A stretch of 61,906 nt of DNA, filler included, from Choristocarpus tenellus KU-1152 (GCA_964200185.2; 11 parts of 11 records of this genome joined end to end with filler, not necessarily neighbours in it), one strand, 5' to 3'; positions 11,680-26,500 are shown, counted from the first letter of the whole stretch. Made by a program: numbers and translations. The notes: generated from the sequence alone by a model not told the origin.

Positions 11680-12755
11680 AAACCGTCAAAGTAGGGGTCT
11701 TTGGGGGTGATTTAGAGGCCAAAACTGGGCACGTCGAGGGTCAGGACGTCGGAATTGCAACCCCCCCGGGTAGGAAGGGTGCCCAAGTATTCCTGAATAC
11801 CAGGGTTGCGATAGCAGTGTGGCATGCCTTTGCAATGCTCCCTGGTGAGCAAAAACTGCTGCGACACATTGGGTGGCCCTTGTGGTGGAGTTTGTAGTGT
11901 CTGAACGTTAAATGCGAGGACTTTGGGAGGATGTCACCAGTAAACTTACCCGTGGCCACAAGCTCGACCTAGGGGTGGCGACGCATAGTGGGTGGCCTTC
12001 AGAGCTCATACCGACTAAGATGGTTGCAATAGAAAGTATCAACTCTGATAATCGGTTATCCACAGTGTGTCAGGTGGCAATGAAGATGACCGCCAAGGGA
12101 CTGCATTATAGCACGAGCACCATGAACAGGTGGTTGGATGATATGGAAGCGGTACACGGAGGAGTTACTGCCTGCAATCAAGACCACATGCCTTGGTTGC
12201 AGAGGAAGCACATTGTTGTTCAACAAGATGGTGCCACCCCCCACATGGGCAAAGGGCAACACAGAAATCATGTCGGGGCAGGGAAGACTGAGGGGTGGTC
12301 GATTAGGCTTGTTACACAGCCATATAACTCTACCAACCTCAATATCATGGACCTGTGCCTCTTCAGGTCTTTGAAGTGCCGGGTGATGGGGAGTAGTTTG
12401 GTTCTGTCGAGGAGATAGTGAAGTCATTAAGAAACAGTAGGAGTATGATGAAACCACACTTGAGAGGGCTTAGCGGCTCTTTTTGTGTACGATCAAAGGG
12501 GGGAGAATGACTTCAGTGTGGAGCACACAGGGGCAAGAAAGAGGCAGTTGTCTGGTGAGCTTGAAAACAAGCTGAAGGTAGACATGGAGGCTTTCTCGGT
12601 GGCGGATAAAATTTGTGATTGATGGGGAGTAATAATAATAAAAAAGAGCTGACCCCAACCAGAAATTCGTCAAGGGTTCCAAACCTTTCAGAAATGAATT
12701 TCATCAACACATTCAAACGTAATGGACAACGCTGCACGGACTTAGGGCACGGAGT
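11680..12755 (+). pseudogene. Second DD39D mariner transposase remnant with internal deletion
   Basis: HSGWPSELIPTK..STMNRWL jumps directly to (W)YTEELLPAIK and VVQQDGATPHMGKG..GWSIRLVTQPYNSTNLNIMDLCLFRSLK, so the DEKWF segment is missing. Possible right end ...GGCACGGAG near 12750. Confidence 0.85.
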
Positions 12756-13021
12756 TAGTATGATGACATCAATGGCTCTACAAAGATAGTACAAACAACA
12801 AGACAACTTTGTATAACAATATAAACTATGAAATATAGTAAACAAAAATATGACATTCTAGCCAAAGGACTGCTACAAATAACTACAAAAAAAATATGTA
12901 CCAGTTTACTCCTACGTCTCCTGATTCTTTGTCAAAAGCTAAGGTATGAGTTTGTCCTCTGGCGGGCACTTCCTTTGTTTGCACTGTTGTGTAACCCTGT
13001 GCCCCCAGATCCTGTCCCACC

Positions 13022-13888
13022 NNNNNNNNNNNNNNNNNNNNNNNNNNNNNNNNNNNNNNNNNNNNNNNNNNNNNNNNNNNNNNNNNNNNNNNNNNNNNNN
13101 NNNNNNNNNNNNNNNNNNNNNNNNNNNNNNNNNNNNNNNNNNNNNNNNNNNNNNNNNNNNNNNNNNNNNNNNNNNNNNNNNNNNNNNNNNNNNNNNNNNN
13201 NNNNNNNNNNNNNNNNNNNNNNNNNNNNNNNNNNNNNNNNNNNNNNNNNNNNNNNNNNNNNNNNNNNNNNNNNNNNNNNNNNNNNNNNNNNNNNNNNNNN
13301 NNNNNNNNNNNNNNNNNNNNNNNNNNNNNNNNNNNNNNNNNNNNNNNNNNNNNNNNNNNNNNNNNNNNNNNNNNNNNNNNNNNNNNNNNNNNNNNNNNNN
13401 NNNNNNNNNNNNNNNNNNNNNNNNNNNNNNNNNNNNNNNNNNNNNNNNNNNNNNNNNNNNNNNNNNNNNNNNNNNNNNNNNNNNNNNNNNNNNNNNNNNN
13501 NNNNNNNNNNNNNNNNNNNNNNNNNNNNNNNNNNNNNNNNNNNNNNNNNNNNNNNNNNNNNNNNNNNNNNNNNNNNNNNNNNNNNNNNNNNNNNNNNNNN
13601 NNNNNNNNNNNNNNNNNNNNNNNNNNNNNNNNNNNNNNNNNNNNNNNNNNNNNNNNNNNNNNNNNNNNNNNNNNNNNNNNNNNNNNNNNNNNNNNNNNNN
13701 NNNNNNNNNNNNNNNNNNNNNNNNNNNNNNNNNNNNNNNNNNNNNNNNNNNNNNNNNNNNNNNNNNNNNNNNNNNNNNNNNNNNNNNNNNNNNNNNNNNN
13801 NNNNNNNNNNNNNNNNNNNNNNNNNNNNNNNNNNNNNNNNNNNNNNNNNNNNNNNNNNNNNNNNNNNNNNNNNNNNNNNNNNNNNNNN
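13022..13888. other. Scaffold gap
   Basis: Long N run with no linker motif. Confidence 0.97.
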
Positions 13889-14581
13889 TACATAGGATTG
13901 TCCCCCTGGCAAGTGCCTTGATGCAAAGTAGAAAATGAAAGAACTAGTAAAGTAACAACTACATCCTGAGATCAACAGTATCACCTGAATAATGGCATTC
14001 ATAATATCAGTAAAAAAGAAATTATGTCACACACATCTGGTAGGACTTTAATTAGAAACGGTGCATTTCCCCTTCTATAGCACAAAAAGAGTACAATTCA
14101 GGTATTTATATTATCACTACATATCAATCCAATGTATGCTGCAATGGCTCACATTACAGGAAAAGCACAATTCTTAAAAAGAGAAAACAAATTACACCAG
14201 AAGGACTATGTTACTTGAGCACACCATTAGTTGAATACACCAGCAAGAAGAGGATCGCTAAAGAGTACAGTCACTTCACAACACCCTCCACAACATGAGC
14301 TTCATTTTCTCCAATGCTATTGTAACTGTAGGTTAATGGTTGACATGTATGAGAGCACCTCCATGTCGGTAAAGCAGTCGATTCCAACATGGCAGTAATA
14401 ATAAGCAGGCACACCACATACGAGTAAACATCTCTGTGTGGATATCTCTATCACCTACCTATGCACAACAAAAAAGTGTGTTTATGCAAGCATGCACATG
14501 TTTACATATGCTTGTACAGTGAAAATGAGATGAGGTGAAAAGAACAATGTATATCCAACAAAAAAAAAGAGAGATGACCAA

Positions 14582-14693
14582 CCATTTTGGAATCAGCCCC
14601 CGTAAAGATGTCCATGGCCACACCAATTATGAAAGTCAGGAGGGAGCTCGTCAGGTTGTTGAGGAGGCTGTAAATACCTATACACAAACCCCT
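14582..14693 (-). CDS. Possible isolated exon, hydrophobic helix (transporter-like)
   Basis: Polypyrimidine ttttctggcag acceptor; GLCIGIYSLLNNLTSSLLTFIIGVAMDIF; flanking exons not convincing. Confidence 0.25.
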
Positions 14694-16104
14694 GCCAGAA
14701 AAACAAAAAAAGACGATCCGGACATGTGCAAGGGTAATTGTTACCAATAGCACTTGCATTAATCCTGAAAGCATTACCACCTCGCACTGAACAGCAACTG
14801 TATCATTCTTACAGAGGTCTCTACAAGAGCAACAAAAAACATGATCCTTCAGTATTATCGTTCACCTTTGCTCTATAAGCATTGCAATCATTTTTCATTG
14901 CCCTATGCTGCAGCTATGTATATGAGTACCAGAACTGACCATCATGTACTCTTGAGGTATATATTATGTAACAAAATATATTGCTCTCACTACTAAATAC
15001 AGATCGAGGTGCTGGTCCATAGTCCCAAATATACATTCAGGCCTTGAACTCATGGTAAAGGGGACATGTGCATCCCCTCCAACCGCCAAAGGAGAGATGC
15101 ATACATGAGATAACTTTGAGTGCAGTTGCAGCAGGCATGTCCATATATCACTACAAGTACAAGCCTTGATTGTGAAAAATCTACAACTGTACACGTGTAT
15201 TGTGTCATGGCAGGAGAGAAGAGGAAAGAAGGGACGGGAGGGTGGGGGGAGAAGGACACCTGAGTGGTAAGGAGTATGTGAACATTGACATTTGCTACAC
15301 CCATTTCCAGCAGAATAAACAATATGCTGTGGAGCAGGGGTGTGGTTATTATTCAGGGGTAAGCTCCCAACTCTGTAAAAACAAAGAGTATACATCAATC
15401 ATTCCTCTCCCAACATCCCATCGACTTTCAAAACACGAATAGCACCAGTTACACAAGTAACCCCAGGAACGAAACACAGTGGTCTAATCAAACGTTATGT
15501 GAAGCAGAAGTGCCTCTGTATTAAAGTGAACACAACCCTATTGTACTAGCCTCACACTGCATGGTACAGTGCAAGATCCTATGTGATACATGCCTACCTA
15601 CCTACCGATAAGAACCATGATCAATAATCTTTAAAATCATCCCATCATCATTATTTTGACAGTACAAGTGGATGTATTTAGGTCTGAATAGGAATGGGCT
15701 CCCACCAATGCTCAACCTACACCTACGATACTCCAATTTGACAGAAGGGTAAAAGATAATGCTAACGTGTAGTTTGCTCATGGGGTAATGGATGTGGATG
15801 GGANNNNNNNNNNNNNNNNNNNNNNNNNNNNNNNNNNNNNNNNNNNNTTAATTAATTAANNNNNNNNNNNNNNNNNNNNNNNNNNNNNNNNNNNNNNNNN
15901 NNNATTTTATCCCAGTCAATTTTGGGTCAAGCCCATCCTCAAAGAAAAGCTCCATAGTCAAATTTTGAAATCGGCTGTTTTAGGGTTAGGGTTAGGGTTG
16001 GACTCTCTGTGTTGACTCCTGTCGTTGTTGACGACGATTCTACGATTTTGCTTGCTGTTGCAGAATTAGTTTTATATTGTACAGCTCTTGACTGTATATC
16101 TAGT

Positions 16105-16234
16105 GGGGCAGGGGGGTGATTGATGGCTGTCTATTTGGGGCCCATTTTTCCATGTCACGGTTTTAGTGTGATTTGGTTGCATGGGTCGGATGGATAATGT
16201 AAGTGCGCTTCTCCTGGTCAGGCCCTGAATGGAC

Positions 16235-16286
<52 letters not shown>

Positions 16287-16475
16287 TTCCCCCCCCCCTT
16301 TTTTTTTTCTCTCTTTTGTGTCTTTTTCTTTGTTTGCTCGGGCGGCTGGGGGGGGCGTGGGGGNNNNNNNNNNGGGGGGAGGGGGGTTGGGCGGGGTGCT
16401 CTCCCGTTCGGGCCCGGCCCGGAAGGGCCCCCCCCCCCCCCCCCCCCCCCCCCTCCACTCAGATACTTTTGAGTC
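16105..16475 (+). mobile_element. MITE family A copy with poly-C expanded by an assembly artefact
   Basis: Interior gctgtctatttgggg..gatttggttgcat..ggataatgtaa..ggacacccc; ends AGATACTTTTGAGTC. Confidence 0.7.
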
Positions 16476-17216
16476 TCTTGTTTGAGTCCTATTTTTTTGC
16501 ACAGGTTTGTGGTGTTGCTCTCCAGTGAGACCAGCAAAATCCTTTCATTTCATCAAGAGATTGAGAGTGCTTTCCATCCACTGCAATTTTTTTTTGGTGT
16601 GGTAGATCAGTAGAAGGGCTATCTTGTTCAATCCTAAAATGTAACGTTGTTTCATCTCAACATAGGAATTACCTGTGTGACGAAAGTGAAGGGTAATAAT
16701 ACCCTAACCCTGTTTGTTTATTGGCGGAACCCAATAATACCCTAACACTGAACTTCTTTTGGACTGTAGTAATTTTTTTGTCACCTTTAGTTGGATGCAT
16801 TGTCCTCTGAAGGGTGACTGTGTTCTTGTAGGGACAGAGTGGGCTTCGGATACTGTGCTCCTCTCAGAATAGATGGTTGCATCTACAGAAAGAGATCAGT
16901 TGATTCAGTGCTTCTGCTCGAGTATGTTTGGAACAAGCTTGTTCTTGAAAACCTCATCCTCATATTGATGTCACCATGCACCATGCAGATTACCCTAACC
17001 CTATGCTATGTACATATCCTACCTGCTGGGAAAGCCTTGTATACCAAGTTGAAGTTGCCATCTTTGCTGCCAACCAAGAAGCATTTGACAGAACTTCAAC
17101 CTCCACCTCCCACCCACTCCAAGTTTGAAGTGTTTTGGTTTGTCAGCTGAACTAAACCCTTTGTACGGATAGACTTATTTCACCCTCTTAATGTTACCGT
17201 TTCTTCATCTACATAG

Positions 17217-17345
17217 GTTGGTCGTGTGCGGGTGAATGATGTGTTTGGCGACCATGGCCTAGACTTCTTTGTCTGTGGAGATCAACTCCTGAGGGGTGCA
17301 GCTCTCAATGCTGTGCTCATCGCAGAGGCCATGTCTGTGGCATAG
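17217..17345 (+). CDS. asd: Aspartate-semialdehyde dehydrogenase, terminal exon
   Basis: acatag|[42 protein letters not shown]; GDQLLxGAALNAV is the ASADH C-terminal signature. Confidence 0.92.
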   Translation, partial: VGRVRVNDVFGDHGLDFFVCGDQLLRGAALNAVLIAEAMSVA

Positions 17346-19299
17346 GCACCCCTAGTTCCTTTTCACTACGTGACTGCAAAAGGCACACAGTGCATTGTAT
17401 GGTTACATCCCCATGGGGAAGGAAAGGATAACGACTGGAGGACTTGCTGTTGATGAATGATGGCCATGCAGGAGAGAGGTGGAAGATGCTGCATGGGTTG
17501 GTGGCATTTTCATTGTTTTGTACCCATGTGTCCTCACTGTGGTTTCTTGAGCATATAGTTTATTGTTTTGCAGTCATGCGGGCCTTGTGATGAAGTTTGC
17601 AGGACCGTAGCAGATGGAATAGTTGGGGGGAGGAGGGGGGTGGGGTATGGTTCGATGTTGATAGAATCTTGTCATGCCATATTTGAGGGTAGAAAGTGCG
17701 TGGAAACAATGTATGGGTGGTTGTTGGATGAATGCATGTGACATAAAGGATTACCCTTGACTGCACAAAAAGGTTGATGAGGTGGTCGGCCTTTTTCTAG
17801 TACAGCTACTGATGATTGGTGTAGGGGACACAGCATGCATAGTGGGGTTATTACTTGTGCTAGTGCAGGCATCGCAATTCAACTTCATGAGAGGGCAATG
17901 GTGACCCAAGACCAGTGATAAGCTGCGTGATAAGCAACTTCTTTATGTCTCAGTAACTGTTTTGTGTAGTAGTGATTAAATATGAAATGGAGGTAGTTTT
18001 TGAGGTACATATTCCTAGCGGGATAGTTGGGAGAGATTATTTACTCCTATGGAGTAGGTTGGACCAAAAAGGATGAGGTCATTGGATTTGTCATCGATAG
18101 GATACTGTACAGAGTGAGCCACCAGCCTCCCTTGCATAGTGCAGCACTGGACCTGTGGAGGCATGGTTCGAGTCTGGCTAGCCCCTTTGCGCCTCATCAC
18201 TGCTGAATGCTGTTGCCTTCTTGTCAATTGAAGAATATTTCTTAGAGTTGGTTAGGTCATGCACATACTCTGACAGTTAGATATGTGGCGGTATGTGAGG
18301 TGAGTTCTGCATACTATTTCATTCGGATTGTGTTTTTCAGTCCCTACACATGCAAGTGGATAATCTGCTAGGGGGCTCTCACTTCAGTTAATAGCATCTC
18401 CCCGGGAACACTTGTCCCAATTATTTCCTGAATCGCATATTTGTGGGATCAAATGATAAACATAGTAATCGATTCCAAGAGGGTAATGAATATGTATGTT
18501 CTTACAATGAACCAGTTTTTTTTTTTTTGTTACCTGCTATAGGTATAGTAGATTACAATACAATGGAGATTATCGCTACTGAACTGTTCATCTATACTGA
18601 TGATGTGTGCAGCTGTCAGACCGACCTTGTGACGACTAACATGTCGAAAAGGGTGTAGTACTCTTCTTCTACTATAATGAGTTGTACTTACTACTACCAG
18701 AAGTTGGATTGTGTTACTTGTCTGTAGCTTTAAAATCGAAGCAGTATGCGTACATCATTACCGATATTGTCATATTGTTAGTAATACAGTATATATTATG
18801 TGATACACTGCTTTCCGCAAGAAGTTGGTCAACACACATGCGAGGGATAATACGACTGTAGCAGCTTTTCTTCCGTTATTGAAAAGAGTGGAGGAGGAGG
18901 GGTATGTCATTCCTCCAATAACAGCCTCTCACCAAAATTGAGGATGGAGCATACTATGGAGGATGGGTTTGACCCAAAACGGCGTGCGGAAAGTGNNNNN
19001 NNNNNNNNNNNNNNNNNNNNNNNNNNNNNNNNNNNNNNNTTAATTAATTAANNNNNNNNNNNNNNNNNNNNNNNNNNNNNNNNNNNNNNNNNNNNGGTGT
19101 TCGATTAGACTCTTCCAACTCTATCGGACAGTTACGTGGACAGTTACAGAGTAACGGAACAATAAGTTAGTGGTTGAGTTATCAGAACCTTTTACTAGTG
19201 GTTCGTTGAAGGAGAAACTTTCTCATAGAAAAGGAAATATTTATGATTTTATGAGGACTTGCATGCCCCACCTGAACTTAAGCAGTCACTCTGCAGACA

Positions 19300-19975
19300 C
19301 AAGCAATCTCGCCAGGTTTATCACCTTTACCCTCTTTGATGATTTTGGGGATACTTTAACTCACCCCTCCTCACCCGATAGCTTGCACCGCATTTGCTTT
19401 GTTCATATGAATAGGAACCTCGTAACTACCTAAGTGCCAAGTACGGCAAAGCACTTTCCAGTATTGCCTGGACAAACATTGCTGCAGTGGGTTGAACAAG
19501 ATTAGTAGTACTCAGTACATGTGTCATGCTTGGTAATATTAGTTACATTTACGGTATTTTCCTAGGGTACCCATGCCTGGAATGGACGTAAGAGTTTATA
19601 GTGAGGTGCAGTTTTTGTGAGTAGGACACCTCCTTAAGCCATGTGGTGCAATATATGTACTATGAATTGATGAAACATGAAACTGTTGAAAAATTCATTG
19701 TGCACAGGGAATCCCCCACGACTGAACTCTCCATAGTAAAATGTTGCCACCACTTAAATTGCTTCCTAAGACACAAGTACCTGAGGCACCAAATGAGGTA
19801 GTGTTTCAGAGGCACCTGGATGCTGTTAGCTCAAGACAGCCCTATGCTTTGGCCTATATGGAAACTGTGGAGAAGGCATGGGCTGACCTCTGCAGTAATG
19901 GGAGAATGTGCTTCAACGTACACAGCAGCAATGCAGTGGAAAGGACCAATGGTTGGCTGAATAAATCTGGTGGAA
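19300..19975 (+). pseudogene. Mutator/MULE-like transposase remnant
   Basis: HRICFVHMNRN (CxxH motif), followed by an aromatic/W helix and FNVHSSNAVERTNGWL (SNxxExxN catalytic-E motif); stops present. Confidence 0.6.
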
Positions 19976-20010
19976 TATTGTCAATGATTAATGCTGAAGA
20001 GCCTTGTTGC

Positions 20011-20531
20011 GGACCAAAGCATTTAAGGAGGTAGGGCCGCGTCCGTTAGGGATCATAAATACAAATATTGCGATTGTGATGAGCTTTGGGTATCGATTGC
20101 CTTTGTTAGCAAGTGTCAATATCCTCGCCCCGGAAACCTTTTATAGTCCTACACATTCTAGGTAACTGTGTTCACACGGAAAACCGAAAAATGCCATAAA
20201 AAAACGTGGGAAGCGAGCCAAATTATCTCTTAGGGTAGGGCCGCGTCCATTAGGAGCCAAAATCCAATGTTGCGATTTACATGTAATTTTGACTACCGTG
20301 TTTGTTAGGAAGTGTCAGTATCCTTGTTCCGGGCGCACCCTTTCGTAATGTATACATTTGACCTACTCAGAAACCTTTTTGGGGGGGAAAAATGTCATAA
20401 AAGCCCATGGGAAGCCAAGCCCCAAGTGGACAAACATTGAACAACTCGTACCTTCTAAGATACTTCTACTCAATCCAAGCCCCGAACGGACGAACAGGGC
20501 AAAACTCCTAGCCTCTTAAATGCTTCAACTT
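20011..20531 (-). mobile_element. MITE family B outer copy containing a nested family B copy (20215-20471)
   Basis: Inner copy GAGCCAAATTATCT...AGATACTTCTACTC with AAGC/AATC flanks; the outer copy resumes in register (caagcccc...aaaactc) after it. Confidence 0.8.
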
Positions 20532-23500
20532 TGTGCTGAAAAAACGTAAGTCTTATGATTGATAGGACAGCCCCATAGGCTAGTCCAGTTAAGAAACCTA
20601 CACCAAGAATGTCTTGGCCTCACTCATTTCATGATACTAAGGTTGTCAAGATCATGCTTGTCCATTTGTGAGAATAACATGAGATTCGAAGTCATATTGC
20701 GGGACATGCGGGATATTTCTATGGGGTGATTTGATCAGACAAAGTTCCCATGGAATGTTAGATTGTGAGTGTTTCTGAAGTGTTCTAGAGAACTGTCGGA
20801 TCATTTGGTATCGTGAGGTATTTGGTGTAGGTGAACCCCATCTGGTGATAGTGTCTCACTCTCTTCTCATCTCTGGTGTAAACTAATAAATAAGAATATA
20901 GCAACTGGTTGTGTGGGATAACAGATCGTCAAGAACAGCTTAACAATTTTTTTATCCAGAGTCGGCCCAATGTATCTGGAAGCTTCCTACTCTTCCTCAT
21001 TTTTTGCACTATATTTTCCTTCCCCTGTGCAAGTAATATAAAGATATATACCTGGTTGCCAAAAGTACAGTTGCCCGCTAGTTGGGTTTACAGTGTGCCC
21101 TGAATACTCCAGTAGCACATCTATGGTTCTCTCTTATCTCTTCTGTGTTTGAAGAGATAATCAGACCTCTTTGAAATAGTAGCGGTCAGCATGTCTACAA
21201 AGAATTTAATTCTATGACAACAAATGTCATAGAAGGTCAATCTGTATACTGAAGTCAGTTACCGGCAATGGATTTTTGATAATCGCCCTCTCCACGGCTT
21301 GTGCATTGTGGAGAGGTTGGATGTGGCGAGGGTGGTACCTTCAGCCATACCTTGTCATCTCATTTCTGTGTTCTTAAGACTGCTGTGACAGTACTTAAAA
21401 CACACAAGCACTGTAGTCAGTGTAGTCCTTTTTGAGCTGCTCCAACTGCTGATCTTCATAGTAATACTTCGAATCAAAATAAATTACACGTGTATGGAAG
21501 GACTGGAGAGGACAGTGATTGGAGGGAGTGTGTGGAATATAAATATCACACAAAAAAAGTGTCATTAAAGCCTATTCCCATCTCATAAAATCATACACGG
21601 GCAGGCCATGAATGCAGGCGTGTCTATAGTCCATGGATGCATTTTGTATGTTGTCCACCTCGCTACAAGTTCTCCTGGGCATCAAAGACCAACCCCGATT
21701 ATGCCTTCATAGTAAAATACATTGTATGCATACACAAACCCTTTTTATTACAACAAAAAGGTCCACTTGGTAAGGACCTGTGAATGTGATGTCTGTAGCT
21801 GCAAACACGATTAATTGATGGTGGGATGTTGATTGTCTATTATCATGTTTGTCTTTTCATCCTCAAAGTGTTTTGGCTAAGATCATTCGAGATCCTCAAC
21901 TGAAAATAATCTTAGTCGCATTCATGTATTTCTAGTACATGATACCATTGTGTTACATGTGGACAAAACTTTGGTGATAAAGAAAATTTGTTGTCTTGTG
22001 GAGAGGAGCGAGAGCAGAAAGCATGACAAGAAATACGTAAATAAATTGCCGACCAAGAGCTACAAAACGCTCTAACAAACAGCTGTAACCTCAGACATCA
22101 CTGCTATCATTGGCAAAATTATCCATGAGGTGTTGCACAATTTGCATTCATCATTAACCATCTTCGCTTCTGACCACTAACAACCACGCAACGAGTGCAA
22201 GGAGGCACGATAAAGTAAACACGCATATTCTTAGAATGATCATCTGCTAACAATCTATAACACTATTAATACTACTGCTGTGGTGTGTGTATATTGGATA
22301 ATAATGATATTATGTATATTCTTGCCTGTCCCTCCTAATGGCAACTCTTGGCCGTCCCTCCAGCCTGTACCTTGCAGATCACCATCAGAAGAGAGAGGAA
22401 CGCATAAATAATCGACATGTTATATATGGCGATACAATGTTAGAGCAAGGCAAGACTAGCATAGTTCGAAGTACGCACTTACCTCCTCCCTTCCTTCTCA
22501 CGGTTGCCTCAGGCGTTGCCCACCCTACGCTACTCCTCCGGTTTCTTCAGTATGGTTGTTTACAATTTGGACAGGATCAGGTGCACCTTTACGAAATTCC
22601 TCTCCAAACAGAAACCACTACTTTGCGATGTGGACAAGATCATCTGTACGTTGAGGTAACAGGCTTGGAATGCCAACACGACATTTTTCGATTTGGACGA
22701 TATCAGGTGGACCTTGAAAATAGTGCTCATTGAGTGATTTCCATACCCATTGTTGGTCCTTCTACCAGATTGGGTATACCTTGAATGACTCTTCTAACAG
22801 CTTCAGAAGGTCTCAAAACACACCCACACCCACATATAGGTGAGTGACGTCACCGCTTGCATTGGAAGATATTATACATCTAGTTGGATCACCAAATACA
22901 TAAAATAACTGCCTCCCCCCCACACTTCGGAAATAATTATATATTCATTCCGTCCAAAAGGACTCCTAATGTCAACAATCCTAACTGAACTAGGAAAATG
23001 AACAATTCCGACAAAATATTACCTACCTATGTCCCCTTTGCTGCATGAACCATGGGCAACCAAACAACAATAAATATCCCCATTCACTTCCTGTCCTTCA
23101 AATATTACTGATAGGCATCACAGTGACAATTTTTCTGTGCCAGAAAGTTATTTTGTCGAGTTCCAGACCACACTACCCCACCCTGCAGTTTTTAAATGCT
23201 TCATGTATACGGTAAACATGACGTACCAGACAAATTTATTATCTCATCCATCCAAACTTAGCAGTACATGGAGCATCGACATGACCAACCATAATATTAG
23301 AAAAGACCAATGGCCTCATGGTGTGGAGTACCTAGTACGCCACGGACCACCAACCCCTCCAAAAACGATTCATACACTTGTACTACTATACCAAATCTGT
23401 ACTTGTTGCAACCTCACAAAATTATTTTATGGACTCCTTTGTATTTCCCCAGCGTAAGTCTTGGGCCTCAAGGTAGTGCATGACCAACAAGACCAAGAAA

Positions 23501-26500
23501 GTGTGTCAAATCCAGATCCAGCAACCTGTTGGCAATAATCTCTCCAGCTCTCTATTGCTTCCTGTGGGGCAAGTTTTACAACAAATATCATCAGCAATAA
23601 TTAGTACACACAACTAAATAATATCGTGGTGGTTGATGAGGTAGTGCTCAAAATATTGTGCCAGGGGTCAATTCATTGCTGTGAACATACGCACGACTAC
23701 TCTACCATACTAAATGTAAAAACCATCCATATTCACCTCTTCACTGTAGCAGGCACTAAAGGGAGAAGACACACAAATTGTCAACAAAGATACAGGACCC
23801 CAAGGAAATGTTTTTGTGGTTTCAAAGATTTACAGAACATTACACACGCAACTAATATCGCACCCATTAGGTACATAAAATGAACCAATGTAAAGGAAAC
23901 CATGAAATCTCATTTCTAGTTTGAATGCAGTTTGCGCATTCCGTAATCACAACAGTCACAACATTCAAGAGCAATCATGCAAGAAAACAACATCTCCCTT
24001 CTGCTCAATATTGATTGGTTGTACAAGTTCACACTTAGCACTCAAGTATTAACATCACATATTCTGTACCAAGACACACTACTCCAAACATCCCACCCCT
24101 CTCAAAACACAACAACGGGCGTAGGTGAAAGGAGGGGGCACCAAGTCGAGGACACATCTACTGCTACATTTGGGTACCCATACGAAATGTTCCACCTCTA
24201 CACTACATAGGATTATCCACTACTCTACGGACTCTGACATCACACATATGCCCTTTTAAATCACTTTAACAATTCAACCTACAATCCACCAACACGGGGC
24301 AGTCACATGACATACAACACTTACATTTTTTGACCAAGATGCGACTACACATCATAACTATTCCAAAAAAAGGTTTCAGATGGACATGTACAATTTGAGT
24401 CCTTGCAATCTATAGCAATCAGCCCAAATGTGTTTTTAAAAGTATTGTAACAAAAAATAACAAAAAAAACACAGAAACACCATTATGGTGATATGTTCCA
24501 GAGTAGATAATTGACCCAAACAACATCCTATCCAACCAAAAATCATGTTTAGAAGAGCATTATATATATACAAATATATATATTTCTACCCAGACTGTAT
24601 CAGATCACGTGCTCTACAAAGCAACATGACATTTAACCAGGAAAGAGAGATAATAAAAATATGCTCATTTTGAGTAGTTGCAATGAAAAAACCCTCGCTC
24701 TTACCCTACCTCTTCAATTGTTTCAGAGAAGCATGTGTGCCATTGACTAGGTAAAGCAACGCCCTGACCACAGCATACACACAGGAATGCCAAGAAACAA
24801 AACAAAGTTGGATTGGCCTAGCTACTATACTAAGGATTTCAACATTCAAGCATTTAGCCCCTAAGAGTTAGGGGGAGAAACGTCTCTCTACCAAACCCAT
24901 TAAATGATCACCCATTTCAATCCACAGTCCATGAATAATACATTTCTCTATATCTCTAACATATCCCTAGCACACGTCAATCTCATAGTGAGGTAACATA
25001 AAATAGAAAACAGTTACACACGCTGCAATAGAGTCTTTCGCCATATCCCACAAACCCCTCATACAACAACACTCACGTACACACAGCTCAACGGTTTTCA
25101 TCATCTAACCTCTTTTGCACATCACCCTGTACTAAGTTTTAACAACTATAAATATGTAAATATGCCCATACCACTATTATTGCAGAGATAGACAAGAAAA
25201 AGATGTAAAGAAGGGGGCAGTACGTCGATTCCCACAATTTGACATTCACCATCACCTACCCTTTACGGATAATTCCATTGCTATCCTCTTCCCAACACAC
25301 AAACCTTAACTTCCACCATTCTATTATACACTTCAAGAAATGCTCACAACTCTGCTGGTTACCAGTGAGAAGTAGAACTCTTAGGAGCCCAAGGTTGTCA
25401 AGTTCTGGAGGAATCGAACCTGCCAATCAACAGTGAATGGTAGAGGGAATCTGCTTCAGTGAACAACCAGCAACTTGTCTTTTCAACCATATCATGCCAT
25501 CACATAATTGGATTCCTTCAAAAAATGTCACTTGTTTAACATAAGAGTGCATCTTGACCCTATACGTTTGGAGTACCTCTGTCAGAGCGATACATCACAC
25601 AAACACTTACATGACAGGATATATAACACTGATCACACATTCCTCTCAAGATCAAAATCACACCTGTAGGTCAAAACTTCTAACATGCTTGTACTGTACA
25701 TCATAGCAATGCCAAAAAAATGTTAAAAAGCAGAAAATGAAACCACATCTGTACATACAATGTACCAAACATTACTGTAGTCTACTGCAATAATACAAAC
25801 TATCCCTCTCAAATGATCATTCGCAAGCCTTAAGATAAACGACACAGAAGATATGGATTCACCAAAGGTTATCCTACACTTGTCACCTCCAACAGAGATA
25901 TATTTGGCAGATCAATTACATTATGTTCCTCATCACAACATCAGAACGAGACCTAGACAGATCAATTATGTGACAAGAAATGTAACAAATATGACAAATC
26001 TTGTGATTCCTCCCAACAAAGGTGGATGTGAGGAGTAAAAATGAAGTACGACTAAGATTGTACAGGTATTCTTGGGGTATGGGTATGATACAGATATGTA
26101 CAAATGACACAATAAGCGAGGTGAAGCTTAACACCAAATTGATCTTTTCTTGAAAAGTCATCACTCTTACCCTACCCCATCAAACATTCCAAAGAGGTGT
26201 ATGTATAAACGCTTGAGCAACGCAAAGTCCCTGCCCACAGCCAAATCATACATAAAACAAACAAGCAAACAAAATTGGACATGGCATACGAACTGGGCAC
26301 AAGATTTCAACATTGTCACTACTTAAATGTATATATCATTCATGGGAGAGACAATTTCTCTCTACATGGAGGAAGATAACATCTCTCAACCACAGCCACT
26401 GCATCACCAAGACATCAATACACAGACCCTACATATTAAACTTCTCGATCACTCCAAGACATCCCTAGCATCGGCCACTCTCATATAGTTGTCATATGAG

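Noticed and set aside
12828-14002. Four ORFs of 330-356 aa
   Set aside because: Almost entirely N-gap translation.
16072-16537. Poly-Pro/poly-Gly ORFs
   Set aside because: Homopolymer noise around a 10-N gap inside a MITE poly-C tract.
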